DNA of 64,000 nt from Planctomycetota bacterium. GTDB lineage: Bacteria; Planctomycetota; PLA2; JAEUHO01. A model generated the notes under the pieces. It had not been told where the DNA came from. It searched no databases and saw only the letters and a list, made by a program, of their open reading frames with translations. The stretch lies in the NCBI GenBank assembly GCA_965223505.1, contig CBDCWP010000043.1, forward strand, positions 64,001-128,000, written 5' to 3'. Below, piece by piece: positions 18,312-28,046 of this stretch (its first letter is position 1; the number at the start of each line of letters is the position of its first letter). The position numbers and the translations under genes are program-made.

Positions 18312-20510
18312 CTACTTGTCGTCCGGGGTCGTCAGCTCGACCTCCGCCGACGACACCGACGACGTATCGATCGCGCCGAGCACGACGCGCTTGCCTTCGC
18401 TGAGGATCGAGAGCTCGATCGTTCCCCGCGGGAGGCCGGCGAAGGCGAACGTCCCGAGCCGGACCGGCGCCGTCCACTCGATGCCGCGATGGCGTTCGTC
18501 CGTGGACGTCGCCCGGATCAGGCTCGCGTACCCCTTCAGCGAACCCGAGACGCGCACTCCGCGTTCGACGTGCAGGTCGACGTCGGCGCCTCGGCCGGCG
18601 ACGGCGCGAACCGGCGGTCCCGACGGGTGGAAGGCCGAGTCCTGGCCGCCGGCGCGGAGACGAAACCTGTACGGACCGAGCATCGTGAAGGAGAAGCGAC
18701 CCTCGCGGTCGGTCGTGACCATCTCGACGGTGCCGAGCGCGTCGGCCGGCGCGTCGATCGCCTCGGCCAGCACCGGAATGCCGTAGAGAACGGCCGATGC
18801 GTCGAGTCCGTGAACCTGCCCGTGAAGCGAGTGCGAGCGCTGAAGCGTCAGCGTCACGGCCTCGCCGCCGGGCGCGGTGTTCTCGGCAAACGCGTCGAGG
18901 AAGCCTTCGATCTGCGTCTGAACGGTGTAGGTCCTGCGCTGATCCACCAGCCCGAACGTGTAGCGTCCGTTGCCGAGGAGTTCCGCGGATCGAGCGGACG
19001 GATCGTGATCGCTCGTGAGCCACACGCCGCTCCCCACGGAGACCGGCGTGCCGTCTTCATCCGCCAAGGTCACGTCCAGTCGCCGTCCGCGCGGCATCGT
19101 CAGCACGACCGCGTCGCCCACGGCGACGCGCGCGCTAGCGTTCGCGAAGCCCTCGTCGAGGCGTTCACCGGGCTGCGCCGCGTGCGCGCCCGCAAGGACG
19201 TACTCGCCGTCCTTCGGGACACCGACGAAGCGAAAGCGCCCCTCTTCGTCCAGCGTCGTCGTGCGGCGGTAGACCCGGCGGCTCTCCGCGGAATGCGCGT
19301 GAACCTCGATGTTTCCGGTCACGGCGTTCCCGAGGTCGTCGACGACGCGCCCCTCGATGACCGCGCCCGTTCGCACGGCGAGCTGCAATCCGTGCGAACC
19401 GCTCTCGACGCCGGTCCAGGAGTGCGGCAGAAGCACGGCGCCTTCGCCGTTCTCCCGCTGGTTCCTCGCATGGACGACGCGCAGGATGTACCGCGCCTTG
19501 TTCAGCCCGCGAAGGACGAATCGTCCGCCGCCATCCGTGCGGGTCGTGATCTCGGACGCACCCAGCGGGCGACCGATCTCGCGGGCCCCGATCAGGATGC
19601 CGGCGACCGGTGCGGCGTGCGTTGCCGGAAGCAGCCTGCCCGAGATCCCGTCCGCGTGTGCGACGACATCGCCGGGCGCCGGATCGACCTCCGTGTTCGC
19701 ATTCGCCCCGTCGGGTTCGCCCGACGGCACGGCCCGTCCGGCAAGACCGGGCGTCGCGCGATCCGTTCCGGCCAACGTCGTCGCGCCGTCCTCGGTCGTC
19801 GTCGAGTGCGTTGTCGTCGTGTCGTCGCCGGATCGCGCGAAGCTCAGCACACCGAATCCGACCGCGACGGTCACGGCCGCCGCCGCCACGACCTTGAGCG
19901 CGCCGCCGTTCGACGCGAACCAGCCTTGCGCCGCCGTCGCGCCGGTCGCGGTCGCCGTCTCGAAGACCCCGTGCGGCAGCAGCAGCGGTGTCAGCGCCGC
20001 CATCCACGCGCTGCGGCCCCCTTCGTGATTGCGGTCCAGCCGCTCGCGCAGCTTGGCGCGCGCGCGGGCCAGCCGCGACTTCACGGTCTCGATCGACACG
20101 CCCTGGGTCTCCGCGATCGAGCTAAGCGAACGACCCCCGACGTAGCGGAACAGCACCGTGCTGCGATACGGCTCGGACAGCGAGAGCACGGCGTGGGTGA
20201 CGCGCTCGTGCGTCTCGGCGCGTTGGGCGAGCTGCTCGGCGGTCGCCTCTTCGAATGCGGGCTCATCGAGCGGCGCGCTCCGCACCTTGCGCGCGCGGCT
20301 CTTGTCGTACGCGACGTTGCGCATCACCGTCGCCAGCCAGCCGCGGATCGAACGCCGGTGCCGCGGCGGCTTCCGGAGCGCGCGCAGCCAGACCTCTTGT
20401 TCGAGGTCGTCCGCACGGCTCTCGTCGCGGACGAGCTCGCGCGCGAGTCGCTTCAGCCAGCTGCGGTGCTGCAGCAGCTCGTCGAACGGAACCGGTGTGG
20501 CGTCAGCCAT
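18312..20510 (-). CDS. ECF sigma-70 factor fused to a TM helix and carboxypeptidase-regulatory-like beta domains
   Basis: RADDLEQEVW, GWLATV, region 4 TVKSRLARAR, hydrophobic VVAAAAVTVAVGFGVL, repeated TD.GRF beta-sandwich motifs. Confidence 0.85.
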   Translation of the reverse strand: MADATPVPFDELLQHRSWLKRLARELVRDESRADDLEQEVWLRALRKPPRHRRSIRGWLATVMRNVAYDKSRARKVRSAPLDEPAFEEATAEQLAQRAETHERVTHAVLSLSEPYRSTVLFRYVGGRSLSSIAETQGVSIETVKSRLARARAKLRERLDRNHEGGRSAWMAALTPLLLPHGVFETATATGATAAQGWFASNGGALKVVAAAAVTVAVGFGVLSFARSGDDTTTTHSTTTEDGATTLAGTDRATPGLAGRAVPSGEPDGANANTEVDPAPGDVVAHADGISGRLLPATHAAPVAGILIGAREIGRPLGASEITTRTDGGGRFVLRGLNKARYILRVVHARNQRENGEGAVLLPHSWTGVESGSHGLQLAVRTGAVIEGRVVDDLGNAVTGNIEVHAHSAESRRVYRRTTTLDEEGRFRFVGVPKDGEYVLAGAHAAQPGERLDEGFANASARVAVGDAVVLTMPRGRRLDVTLADEDGTPVSVGSGVWLTSDHDPSARSAELLGNGRYTFGLVDQRRTYTVQTQIEGFLDAFAENTAPGGEAVTLTLQRSHSLHGQVHGLDASAVLYGIPVLAEAIDAPADALGTVEMVTTDREGRFSFTMLGPYRFRLRAGGQDSAFHPSGPPVRAVAGRGADVDLHVERGVRVSGSLKGYASLIRATSTDERHRGIEWTAPVRLGTFAFAGLPRGTIELSILSEGKRVVLGAIDTSSVSSAEVELTTPDDK

Positions 20511-20551
20511 GACTGTTCAAGTATGCACGGAACCGGATCGCCGGTCGGCGA

Positions 20552-21838
20552 TCAAGACCGATACAGACCGAGCTTCGTCTCCCGCGGCGTGTGGCCCTTG
20601 AAGAGCGACTTCGACGGATGCAGCTTCAGGTGGTCGTACAGCACCTCGCGGAACACGTCGCGGAAGTCGGTCGTGACCTTCAGATCGCGCTGGTTCGCCG
20701 ACAGATCCCAGTCGCCGTACACCCTCTTGCCGGCGATCTTCCCGCCGATCAGATACATGTTGCTGCCGTGGCCGTGATCGGTGCCGAAGTTGCCGTTCTC
20801 GCGGTTCGTGCGGCCGAACTCGGTCATCAGCATGAGGGTGACGTTGTTCTTCATGCCGTCGATGTCGCGCATGAACGTCTCGCACGCGAGCCCCATCTGC
20901 GTGAGCATGACGCGGATGCGGTCCTGCTCGGACGCCCCGCCCTCTTCGATGTGATGGTCCCAACCATTCCAGTCGATGGCGATGCACTGCACGCCCTGGC
21001 CCGACTTGAGCACGCGCGCGGCGAGCTTGAGCTGCTGCCCGAGCCGGCCGGCGCCGGCGGGGTACGCCGTGACCTTGCCGCGCTCCTTCGTCTCGAGGAT
21101 CTCCTCGAGCTTGCGCAGCGTTTCGATGGTCGTTCGACCGTTCTGGGTCAGCTCGTCCTCGTCGGGGCGGTTCTCCGTCATGCCCGGCCGCTTCATCGAC
21201 GGCGGGCTGCCGTACACCTCGTCGAACAGGTCGAGCACATCCTCCTCACCCCGGCGGCGTCCGCCTCTGAGCATCTGATCCGGCACTGCGAGCACCGGGT
21301 ACTTCCCCCTCATCGAGCGTGGCAGCCGGCCCTGCATGGCGACTGCCCGGAATTCGCCTTCGGCGCCGTCCGGACCGGACGTCGCCGACAGGAATCGGTT
21401 GAGCCATCCGTCGCGCACCGACTTGTCGCCCGGCGCGCCGTACTCCATGAAGTCCTGGCAGTCGAAGTGACTGCGTGACGGATGGTGCATGCCGACGTTG
21501 ACGATCGGCGCCAGGAGGCCCTTGTCCCACAGCGTCTTGAAGCCCGTCAGCCCGGGGTTCAAGCCGAAGCGTCCGTCGAGGTCGATGGCCCCGTTCTCCT
21601 CGTTCGGCGGCGGCACCGCGATGTTCGGACGCATGTCGTAGTACTTGCCCTCGGTGTAGGGCACGAGCGTGTTCAGCGCGTCCTGCCCGCCCCGCAGGAA
21701 CACCGCGACGACGGCCGGCTTCACCGCGATCTCCCGTTCGGGCGCAGCGGCGGCTCGCTTGGCCAGCGCGCCGTAGAACGTCATGCCGGCCAGTCCGGCG
21801 GCGCCTGCCGCCAACAGCTCACGACGGGTGGATGCCAT
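20552..21838 (-). CDS. DUF1501 domain protein (Tat-type signal)
   Basis: GAGGAG RBS, MASTRRELL, FLRGGQDALN, RSHFD, GWDHH, TEFGRT, GTDHG motifs. Confidence 0.9.
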   Translation of the reverse strand: MASTRRELLAAGAAGLAGMTFYGALAKRAAAAPEREIAVKPAVVAVFLRGGQDALNTLVPYTEGKYYDMRPNIAVPPPNEENGAIDLDGRFGLNPGLTGFKTLWDKGLLAPIVNVGMHHPSRSHFDCQDFMEYGAPGDKSVRDGWLNRFLSATSGPDGAEGEFRAVAMQGRLPRSMRGKYPVLAVPDQMLRGGRRRGEEDVLDLFDEVYGSPPSMKRPGMTENRPDEDELTQNGRTTIETLRKLEEILETKERGKVTAYPAGAGRLGQQLKLAARVLKSGQGVQCIAIDWNGWDHHIEEGGASEQDRIRVMLTQMGLACETFMRDIDGMKNNVTLMLMTEFGRTNRENGNFGTDHGHGSNMYLIGGKIAGKRVYGDWDLSANQRDLKVTTDFRDVFREVLYDHLKLHPSKSLFKGHTPRETKLGLYRS

Positions 21839-21861
21839 GTGAATCTCCTCTTGCGTAGCGT

Positions 21862-23503
21862 CTACTGGCGCTGGAACTCGGGCGAGCCCAGCAACAGCGT
21901 GACGAGCACGCTCAGCTCCTTGCGCAGCTCGTTCGGCCGCATCTTTCGGTACGTGGCGCCGAGCTTCGCGAGACGCTTGCGGAAGTGCGCGAGCGTCAGG
22001 GAGCCCGGGGGTTGGTTGGCGAAGACCGATTCGATCAACAGCGACTCCCAGGTGTCGGGCGTCTGCCGCGCGTGGTCCAGAATGCCGCTCTGCGACACGC
22101 GCACCCCGGCGACCCGGTCGAAGAGCAGGTCGTACGCCAGCCGCCAGCGGACGGCCAGCACGCCGGGATCGATCCAATCGGCGGCGAGGTCGCTGTAGCC
22201 GGTCGGGTCCTCGCACGAGTAGATCGGCTGCTGCATGTCCGTGAGCCGTTCGAGCAGCATGCCCGCGTCCTTGACGTCGGCGTCGGCGACGCGCAGGCAG
22301 CTGATGACGAACTCGAACGGGGTCTTCGACTTCGAGAGCACGGCTTCCCTCGCGTAGAAGTCGTCGTGCAGCAGGATGGCGCGGGTCACCTCTTTGAGGT
22401 CGCCTTTGGTCTTGGCCCACACCTTGACCACGTCGGCGACGAGCTTGGATGTCGGCTCGTCCCTTGGCCAGGTAGCGCGCCATCTTGCTCACCACGAACT
22501 CCCGCGTGTTCTTGTGCCGCGCGAGATGACGAACGGCGTCTTCGCCCTCTTCGATGCCACCGCTCTTGAACGTGCGCCGCATGACGCGCTTCGAACCCTG
22601 CGCGTGGTAGTTCCCGCGGAAGAGGAACCGGCCGTCCTGGATCGACCAGCCCGTGAGCAGCAGCGAGAGCTGGATGACGTCGTTCTGGTCGTAGCCGTTG
22701 TCGACGCCGACGGTGTGAAGCTCCATGAGCTCGCGGGCGTAGTTTTCGTTCAGACCGTTCGTTCGATCTTCGTCGCGGCCTTGCAGGACACGCTGCCCAC
22801 GCGCCAGCGGCGCCTGGGACACGTGGTTGTCGAGATAGAAGAGCATCGCCGGGTGCTTCGCCGTCGCCATGAGGAACGTCTCGAAGTCGCCGAAGACGTG
22901 CTTGCGGAGCACTTCGCGTTCCCAGTCGGCGATGTGGTACCGAACGGCGCCCTTGTTGACGTCGACGTTGAAGTGATTGCGCCAGAAGTCGACCATGACC
23001 TCCTGGAGCTGACGTTCGCTGTAGACCGCGCGCAAGATGACGGCGCGTGGAATCTCGCGCCGCGCAAGGTCCTGGATGCGATTGATCTCGCGTTGGCGCA
23101 TGCGCGCGAGCGCGACGCGGTCCTCGCCTTCGCCGGGGGGCCGGACGGGCGGCACGTCTTCGCGCAGCATCCGGATGAAGTCGGCCCCGTCGAGCTTGAG
23201 GCTCTCGAACGACGCGAGGCGCTGGTCGACGACCGGATCGGGAATGCGCGACGGCTTGAGCTGGCGGTCGATCCAGCCTTCGATGCCCAGCTCGCGCACC
23301 TCGGCGACGTCCCGGGGACGCGGGCCGAACGTGGCCCGGCGCAGGAGGTGGCGGATGCGCGCCTCGGAGCCCCGATCCGACGTGACCGTGCCGTCCGCGG
23401 CTGCGCGGCGGGCGCCGACTGCGACCGCCGTAAGTCCGGCTGCGACAAGCGGTAGGGCCCTGCGCCCGCGCGTGCTCGGGGATGTCCCGTCCTCGGTGTT
23501 CAC
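21862..23503 (-). pseudogene. DUF1800 domain protein with a +1 frameshift at 22461-22463
   Basis: HLLRRATFG, DFWRNHFNV, YLDN, NENYARELMELHT, then a frame switch. Removing one G from AAGGGAC restores YLAKDEPTSKLVADVVKVW...GSPEFQRQ. Confidence 0.85.
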
Positions 23504-23526
23504 ACAAGAGAAACGGACGAGGCGAC

Positions 23527-23556
23527 CCCGCGGGTGCAGCGAACTGCACCCGCGGG
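23527..23556 (-). terminator. Perfect 13-bp hairpin with UUCG loop downstream of the NmrA-like gene
   Basis: CCCGCGGGTGCAG-CGAA-CTGCACCCGCGGG on the + strand. Confidence 0.6.
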
Positions 23557-23570
23557 CAGGGGCGGGCGTG

Positions 23571-24476
23571 CTAGCGGGCCGGCGGCAGCACGAAGGCGCC
23601 CGCGAACGCCTCGCGATGGGCACGCACGAACGACGCCAGCGACTGCGCGGGCGCGCCGGTCACGCGCTCCACCGTATCGGTCCGGACGTCGAAGACGCCG
23701 TCCTTGTGGTCCTGGGCGACGTGCTCGAGGTGCGCGACGAGGTACGCCGGCAGGCCCTTGCGGCGAAGGACCCCGCCCCACATGTCGATGGGCAGCTCCA
23801 CGTACTCGACGGCCGAGCCGGTCTCCGCCGTCAGCACCTGCGTCATCTCCGCGATCGTCAGGTTGTCGGGGCCGGTCAGGACGAGTCGCTCGCCGAGGTA
23901 GGGTCCGGGGTTCTCGAGCAACGCGACGACGACCCGCGCGATGTCGGACGCCGCCACGGGAGCGTGCCGTTCGTCCCCGTACGGCAGGTACAGCTTGCCT
24001 TCGCTCGCGATGCTCTCCACCCCGAACATCAGCAGGTTCTCGGCGAAGTACGTCGGACGGATGTGGATCGCGCCGACGCCGGCCCAGTCGAACACGTTCT
24101 CGGAAAGCCAGTGGGCCCTGGTGAGCGGGCTCGGAGCGTCGTCGCGCGAGGTCAGCTGCGACATGTTCACGACGGCGTCGACGCCGGCCTCCTTGGCCGC
24201 CACGGCGAAGATCGCCGACGCGTCCACCAGCCGGTCGCCCTGGGGCGGATAGCAGAAGTAGGCGCGACGAACGCCTTGCATGGCATCGCGAATCGAAGCG
24301 AGGTCGGTGAAGTTGCCGACGACGATCTCGGCGCCGCGTTCGGCGAGTCGCTCGGAGCGTTCGTCGTGCTGGCGCACCATGGCGCGGACGGGGAAGCCGC
24401 GCTCGAGCAGCTGCGCGACGACCAACGCACCGGTCTTGCCTGCGGCGCCGGAAACGAGAATCGGGGGGTTCGACAT
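23571..24476 (-). CDS. NmrA-like NAD(P)-binding protein
   Basis: ILVSGAAGKTG Rossmann motif, IRPTYFAEN. AAGGAG RBS. Confidence 0.9.
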   Translation of the reverse strand: MSNPPILVSGAAGKTGALVVAQLLERGFPVRAMVRQHDERSERLAERGAEIVVGNFTDLASIRDAMQGVRRAYFCYPPQGDRLVDASAIFAVAAKEAGVDAVVNMSQLTSRDDAPSPLTRAHWLSENVFDWAGVGAIHIRPTYFAENLLMFGVESIASEGKLYLPYGDERHAPVAASDIARVVVALLENPGPYLGERLVLTGPDNLTIAEMTQVLTAETGSAVEYVELPIDMWGGVLRRKGLPAYLVAHLEHVAQDHKDGVFDVRTDTVERVTGAPAQSLASFVRAHREAFAGAFVLPPAR

Positions 24477-24489
24477 GGGAGACTCCTTT

Positions 24490-24503
24490 GTTGTATATAC
24501 AAC
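24490..24503. promoter_or_regulatory. Palindromic operator GTTGTATATACAAC (copy 1, upstream of the NmrA-like gene)
   Basis: Perfect 14-bp palindrome, identical to 25018-25031. Confidence 0.8.
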
Positions 24504-24541
24504 TAGAATGAGAAAAAAGGGGATTGATGAAAGGGGGGAGG

Positions 24542-25003
24542 TCAGACGTCGCTGCCGCGGCGCCAAGCTGCGTTTGCTGCCTCGCTCACGGCCTTCGTGC
24601 CTTGCGTCCCGAGCAGCGCGCGCGCCTCGGACTGCGCCTTGCGCCACGCGGGGCCCGCCTTCTCGAGCAGCCTCCGGCCCTTGGCCAGGAGCGAGAGTTG
24701 CTGTTGGTTGCCGGACGCCGCTTGGCGGGCGGCGAGCCAGCCCTGCTTGCGCATGCGCTCGACGGTGCGGCTCATCGTCGACTTCTCGATGTTCAGGAGC
24801 GACGCGACGGCGCCGGGCGCGATGGGGCCGCGGCGCGCGATGACGGCGAGGATGCTCATCTGGCCGGCCGTGAGCCCGACCGGGGCGAGCGCCTTGTTGT
24901 AGATGCCCGTGATCGTGCGGCTCAGCACCCGCGTACGCAGCGCGATGCAGCCGGCGCTCATCTCCGCCGCAAGCTTCTCGATGTCGGGGGGCCTGCCTGT
25001 CAT
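24542..25003 (-). CDS. MarR family transcriptional regulator
   Basis: CIALRTRVLSRTITGIYNKALAPVGLTAGQMSIL, wHTH EKSTMSRTVERMRKQGWL. Confidence 0.9.
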   Translation of the reverse strand: MTGRPPDIEKLAAEMSAGCIALRTRVLSRTITGIYNKALAPVGLTAGQMSILAVIARRGPIAPGAVASLLNIEKSTMSRTVERMRKQGWLAARQAASGNQQQLSLLAKGRRLLEKAGPAWRKAQSEARALLGTQGTKAVSEAANAAWRRGSDV

Positions 25004-25017
25004 GGTTGCCTCGTAGT

Positions 25018-25031
25018 GTTGTATATACAAC
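25018..25031. promoter_or_regulatory. Palindromic operator GTTGTATATACAAC (copy 2, upstream of the MarR gene)
   Basis: Perfect 14-bp palindrome 14 nt upstream of the MarR start. Confidence 0.8.
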
Positions 25032-25150
25032 TGATGCGTCCCGAGGCGAGGGGGTTTCCGGTTTTCGAGAATTCGTGCCCGCGTTCCCGTGGGCGCGGCG
25101 TCCAGCGCGTGCGTGGTACCCTGCGCGGCCCGCACGGCAGGTGGCCATCG

Positions 25151-26632
25151 ATGTTTGCAAGACCGCTTCGCAGAACGGCTTGGGTGCTGGTCGCGCTGTG
25201 CGCCGGCGCCGTGCCGGCCGGCGCCGAAGAGGACCTCGACGCGCGCTGGCAACGCCTGCGCAAGGCGTCCATGGAGCGCGTTCACGAGCTCATCGCCTGG
25301 TGTGGGACGAAGAAGCTGTTCGGCTGCCGGGCCGACGCTTGCGAAGGGGTCCTGACGATCGCGCCCGACGACCCGATCGCCCGCAAGTGGCTCAAGTACA
25401 GGCGCGCCAACGACGGCACGTGGTACCGCAAGGGAAAGTGGACGCGCCCGCGGAATCTCTCGAAAGGGCAGGACAAGTTCGAACAGCGCCGCGAGGAGCT
25501 CGGCGAGTGGTATCTCAGAGAAGCTGCGCCGATCTTGGACGAAGCCGAGGAAGAGGGGGCATTCCGCCTGCGCGCCAAGCTCATCGCCACCGCGTTGGCC
25601 GTCGATCCGGAGAGTGCGACCTTCAGGGACTGGAATCACGAGGTGCGCGACGGGGACGAGTGGATCCTGCTCGAGACCCGGAACGCCCGCACGCGCCGCA
25701 AGGGACTCAAGGAGACCGCCGAGAAAGCGATCGAGGCCGTGCCCAAGCCCTCCTGGGTCGCGGCGCGAGTCGAGGACAAGATCGGCGGAGTCAAGTGGTC
25801 CGCGGTTCTCGCGGTCCCCCGGGTACGGGTTCTCGGAACGCCACCGAGCGCCGAGCTCGCGGAGACTCTTCGTTTCGTCGACGCTTCGTGGCCGGTGGTC
25901 GAGTACGCGGTCGGGCTCCGCGCGCCCGGCTACGGAGCCTCCGGCAAGTATGCCGAAGCGGTGACGATCTACTCGTTCGACAGTGTTCTGGAGGGTAATC
26001 GCTTCTATGCGAAGCAGCCCGGCGTCACTGCGCGCGACGTCGAATTCACAGCGGAAACATGTGGGTCCTGGCTGCCGGGCCGCGATGCGGCAATGGCCAA
26101 GGCCGAAGATGAGGCGACGAGACACGAGGCGGCCACGACGCAGGTCGTCAGCCACCACCTCGCCCGCCTCTTGGGCTTGGGCGTTCGCCACGCGTGGATC
26201 GCGGAAGGAATGGGGATCTACCTGACGTGGCAGATCACTGGCACGCGCATGCTGTATAGCGTCAACGACGTCGAGTCGAAGTATGCGGAGAAGGACAAGC
26301 CGATTCCGGAGTACGAAGAGCGCATGAGCGACGGCAAGGCGAGCTGGCTAGCGCTGGGGCGTGCGCTGCTCAAGAGCGAAGACAAGCCGGAAGTCCACCT
26401 CATGACGGGCAAGAACTTCAACGACCTCACGAAACCCGAGGTGCTGTATGCGTACTGCGTGTCCGCCTATGTCGTCGAGGGGTGGCCGGAGAAGGCCGCA
26501 GCGTTCCTGCGCGAGGCCGGCGGCCGCGACGGCAACGACCTCGACCTCGTCTGTCTGAAGGCCCTGGGGTTCGACGCGGCCACGTTCGAAGCGCGGCTGC
26601 TGCGTTGGCTTCGCGAGACCCGGCGGCTATGA
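25151..26632 (+). CDS. Secreted hypothetical protein, possibly a degenerate gluzincin/peptidase MA-like fold
   Basis: Signal peptide. AWIAEGMGIYL resembles the W..EG.A.Y motif but no intact HExxH precedes it. Confidence 0.65.
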   Translation: MFARPLRRTAWVLVALCAGAVPAGAEEDLDARWQRLRKASMERVHELIAWCGTKKLFGCRADACEGVLTIAPDDPIARKWLKYRRANDGTWYRKGKWTRPRNLSKGQDKFEQRREELGEWYLREAAPILDEAEEEGAFRLRAKLIATALAVDPESATFRDWNHEVRDGDEWILLETRNARTRRKGLKETAEKAIEAVPKPSWVAARVEDKIGGVKWSAVLAVPRVRVLGTPPSAELAETLRFVDASWPVVEYAVGLRAPGYGASGKYAEAVTIYSFDSVLEGNRFYAKQPGVTARDVEFTAETCGSWLPGRDAAMAKAEDEATRHEAATTQVVSHHLARLLGLGVRHAWIAEGMGIYLTWQITGTRMLYSVNDVESKYAEKDKPIPEYEERMSDGKASWLALGRALLKSEDKPEVHLMTGKNFNDLTKPEVLYAYCVSAYVVEGWPEKAAAFLREAGGRDGNDLDLVCLKALGFDAATFEARLLRWLRETRRL

Positions 26633-26657
26633 GCCGGCGTCGCCGGCACGATCTGTC

Positions 26658-27986
26658 CTAGCTGCCCGAAGGCGGCGCTCCGGCCGAGCACGCCGGGGGA
26701 ACGTTTGCGGCGCAGGTGCCGCCAGGTGCCACGCCGGCATCGAGCGTCGAGCGGTTCCACGGCGCCTTGGCGAGCAGCAGCCCCATCCCGCACCAGTCCG
26801 TGACGCCCGCGAAGATCTGGCCGGCGCCGATGAACGCGGCCATCGCGATGAAGGCCGGATGCACGAAGAGGCTCAGCGCGACGCCCGTGAGAACCAGCGA
26901 TCCGGCAACGATCCGCACCTGCCGCTCGAGCGACATGCGCTCGCCGGTCTGCAGCGTCTGGCCGCCGGCGGATCGATACGCCTCGATGCCGCCCTCGATC
27001 ACGCTCGTGCCCGCGATGCCCAACTCGCTCAACAGCTTTTGCGCCATCGCCGCGCGGCTGCCCGTGCGGCAGATGATGAGACGCGGCGCCGGCGTCGCCC
27101 TCACCTCGTCCGCGCGAGCCTTGATCTGATCCAACGGAACGAGGCGTGAGCCCTCGACGCGTTCGCTCTCGAACTCCATGCCCGTGCGTACGTCGATCAC
27201 GCTGCTCGCGCCGCCGTCGTTGACCAGTGCAGTCGTCTCGGCTGCCGAGATGCGCTCGGGAATGTCGACACCGTTGCGGTTGAGCTCGAGCAAAGCGTCC
27301 ATGTTGGCGGGACGCGGCGGCTTGTTGGCGCTGAGCTGAGCGGCGAACGTGGCGCGATCGTCGATCGCAAGCCACGGGTTCGAGGCGCGCTCCTCGCCGA
27401 TCGTGCTCTCGATCCGGCCCTCGTAGTCGTGCCCAGGGTAGAGGATCGTCTCGTCCGGCAGGTCCTGCAGGATCGCGTGAATCGAGTCGAAGAGCTGCCC
27501 GGCGTCGCCGCCGAGGAAGTCCGTGCGCGCGACGCCGCCGATGAACAGCGTGTCGCCGGCGAACAACACGCCTTCGCTGAGCAACACGATGTGGTCGGGC
27601 GTGTGGCCCGGCGCGTGACGCACCGTCACGGCCGTGTCGCCCAGGTGCAGCGCCTCGCCGTCGGCAGGGTGGCGCGCCACGCCGACGTGCTGCGCGAGCT
27701 CGTGGGCGATCCGCGTCGAGCCGAAGCGTTCGGCGACCGCGCCTGCGCCGGACGGATGGTCGGCATGGGTGTGCGTGTCGACGACGTAGGGCAGGGTCCA
27801 GCCCTCGGCCTCGACGCGCGCGATGACGTCGTCGACGAGGTCGAGGTGGACGTCGATTGCGAGCGCCTGCTTGCTGGCCGGATCCGCGGCGAGATAGGTG
27901 CGGCAGCCCTGGGGGTGGGCGAGCGCGGCGATCCGAAGCGCGCCGACGGCCTTGGCGGGCTCCGGCTTCAGGGTCGTGGTGGTCAT
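26658..27986 (-). CDS. MBL-fold persulfide dioxygenase-like domain fused to rhodanese and YgaP/DUF2892 membrane domain
   Basis: THTHADH, PGHT, GDTLF, PGHDY; rhodanese loop CRTGSRA; ERQVRIVAG...WCGMGLLLAKAPWN. Confidence 0.88.
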   Translation of the reverse strand: MTTTTLKPEPAKAVGALRIAALAHPQGCRTYLAADPASKQALAIDVHLDLVDDVIARVEAEGWTLPYVVDTHTHADHPSGAGAVAERFGSTRIAHELAQHVGVARHPADGEALHLGDTAVTVRHAPGHTPDHIVLLSEGVLFAGDTLFIGGVARTDFLGGDAGQLFDSIHAILQDLPDETILYPGHDYEGRIESTIGEERASNPWLAIDDRATFAAQLSANKPPRPANMDALLELNRNGVDIPERISAAETTALVNDGGASSVIDVRTGMEFESERVEGSRLVPLDQIKARADEVRATPAPRLIICRTGSRAAMAQKLLSELGIAGTSVIEGGIEAYRSAGGQTLQTGERMSLERQVRIVAGSLVLTGVALSLFVHPAFIAMAAFIGAGQIFAGVTDWCGMGLLLAKAPWNRSTLDAGVAPGGTCAANVPPACSAGAPPSGS

Positions 27987-28010
27987 CTGTCGTCTCTCCC
28001 GATGTGATCC

Positions 28011-28044
28011 CTTGTATTTATGAACATTTGCTCATATAGTCAAG
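28011..28044. promoter_or_regulatory. Promoter/operator between the MBL-rhodanese gene and the ArsR gene
   Basis: Imperfect palindrome CTTGTATTTATGAACA-TT-TGCTCATATAGTCAAG containing TTGTAT-17nt-TATAGT, 6 nt before ATG 28047. Confidence 0.7.
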
Positions 28045-28046
28045 AA

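Noticed and set aside
20552..23623. 1023-aa DUF1800-DUF1501 fusion ORF
   Set aside because: Artefact of a one-base frameshift; DUF1501 has its own SD and ATG at 21838.
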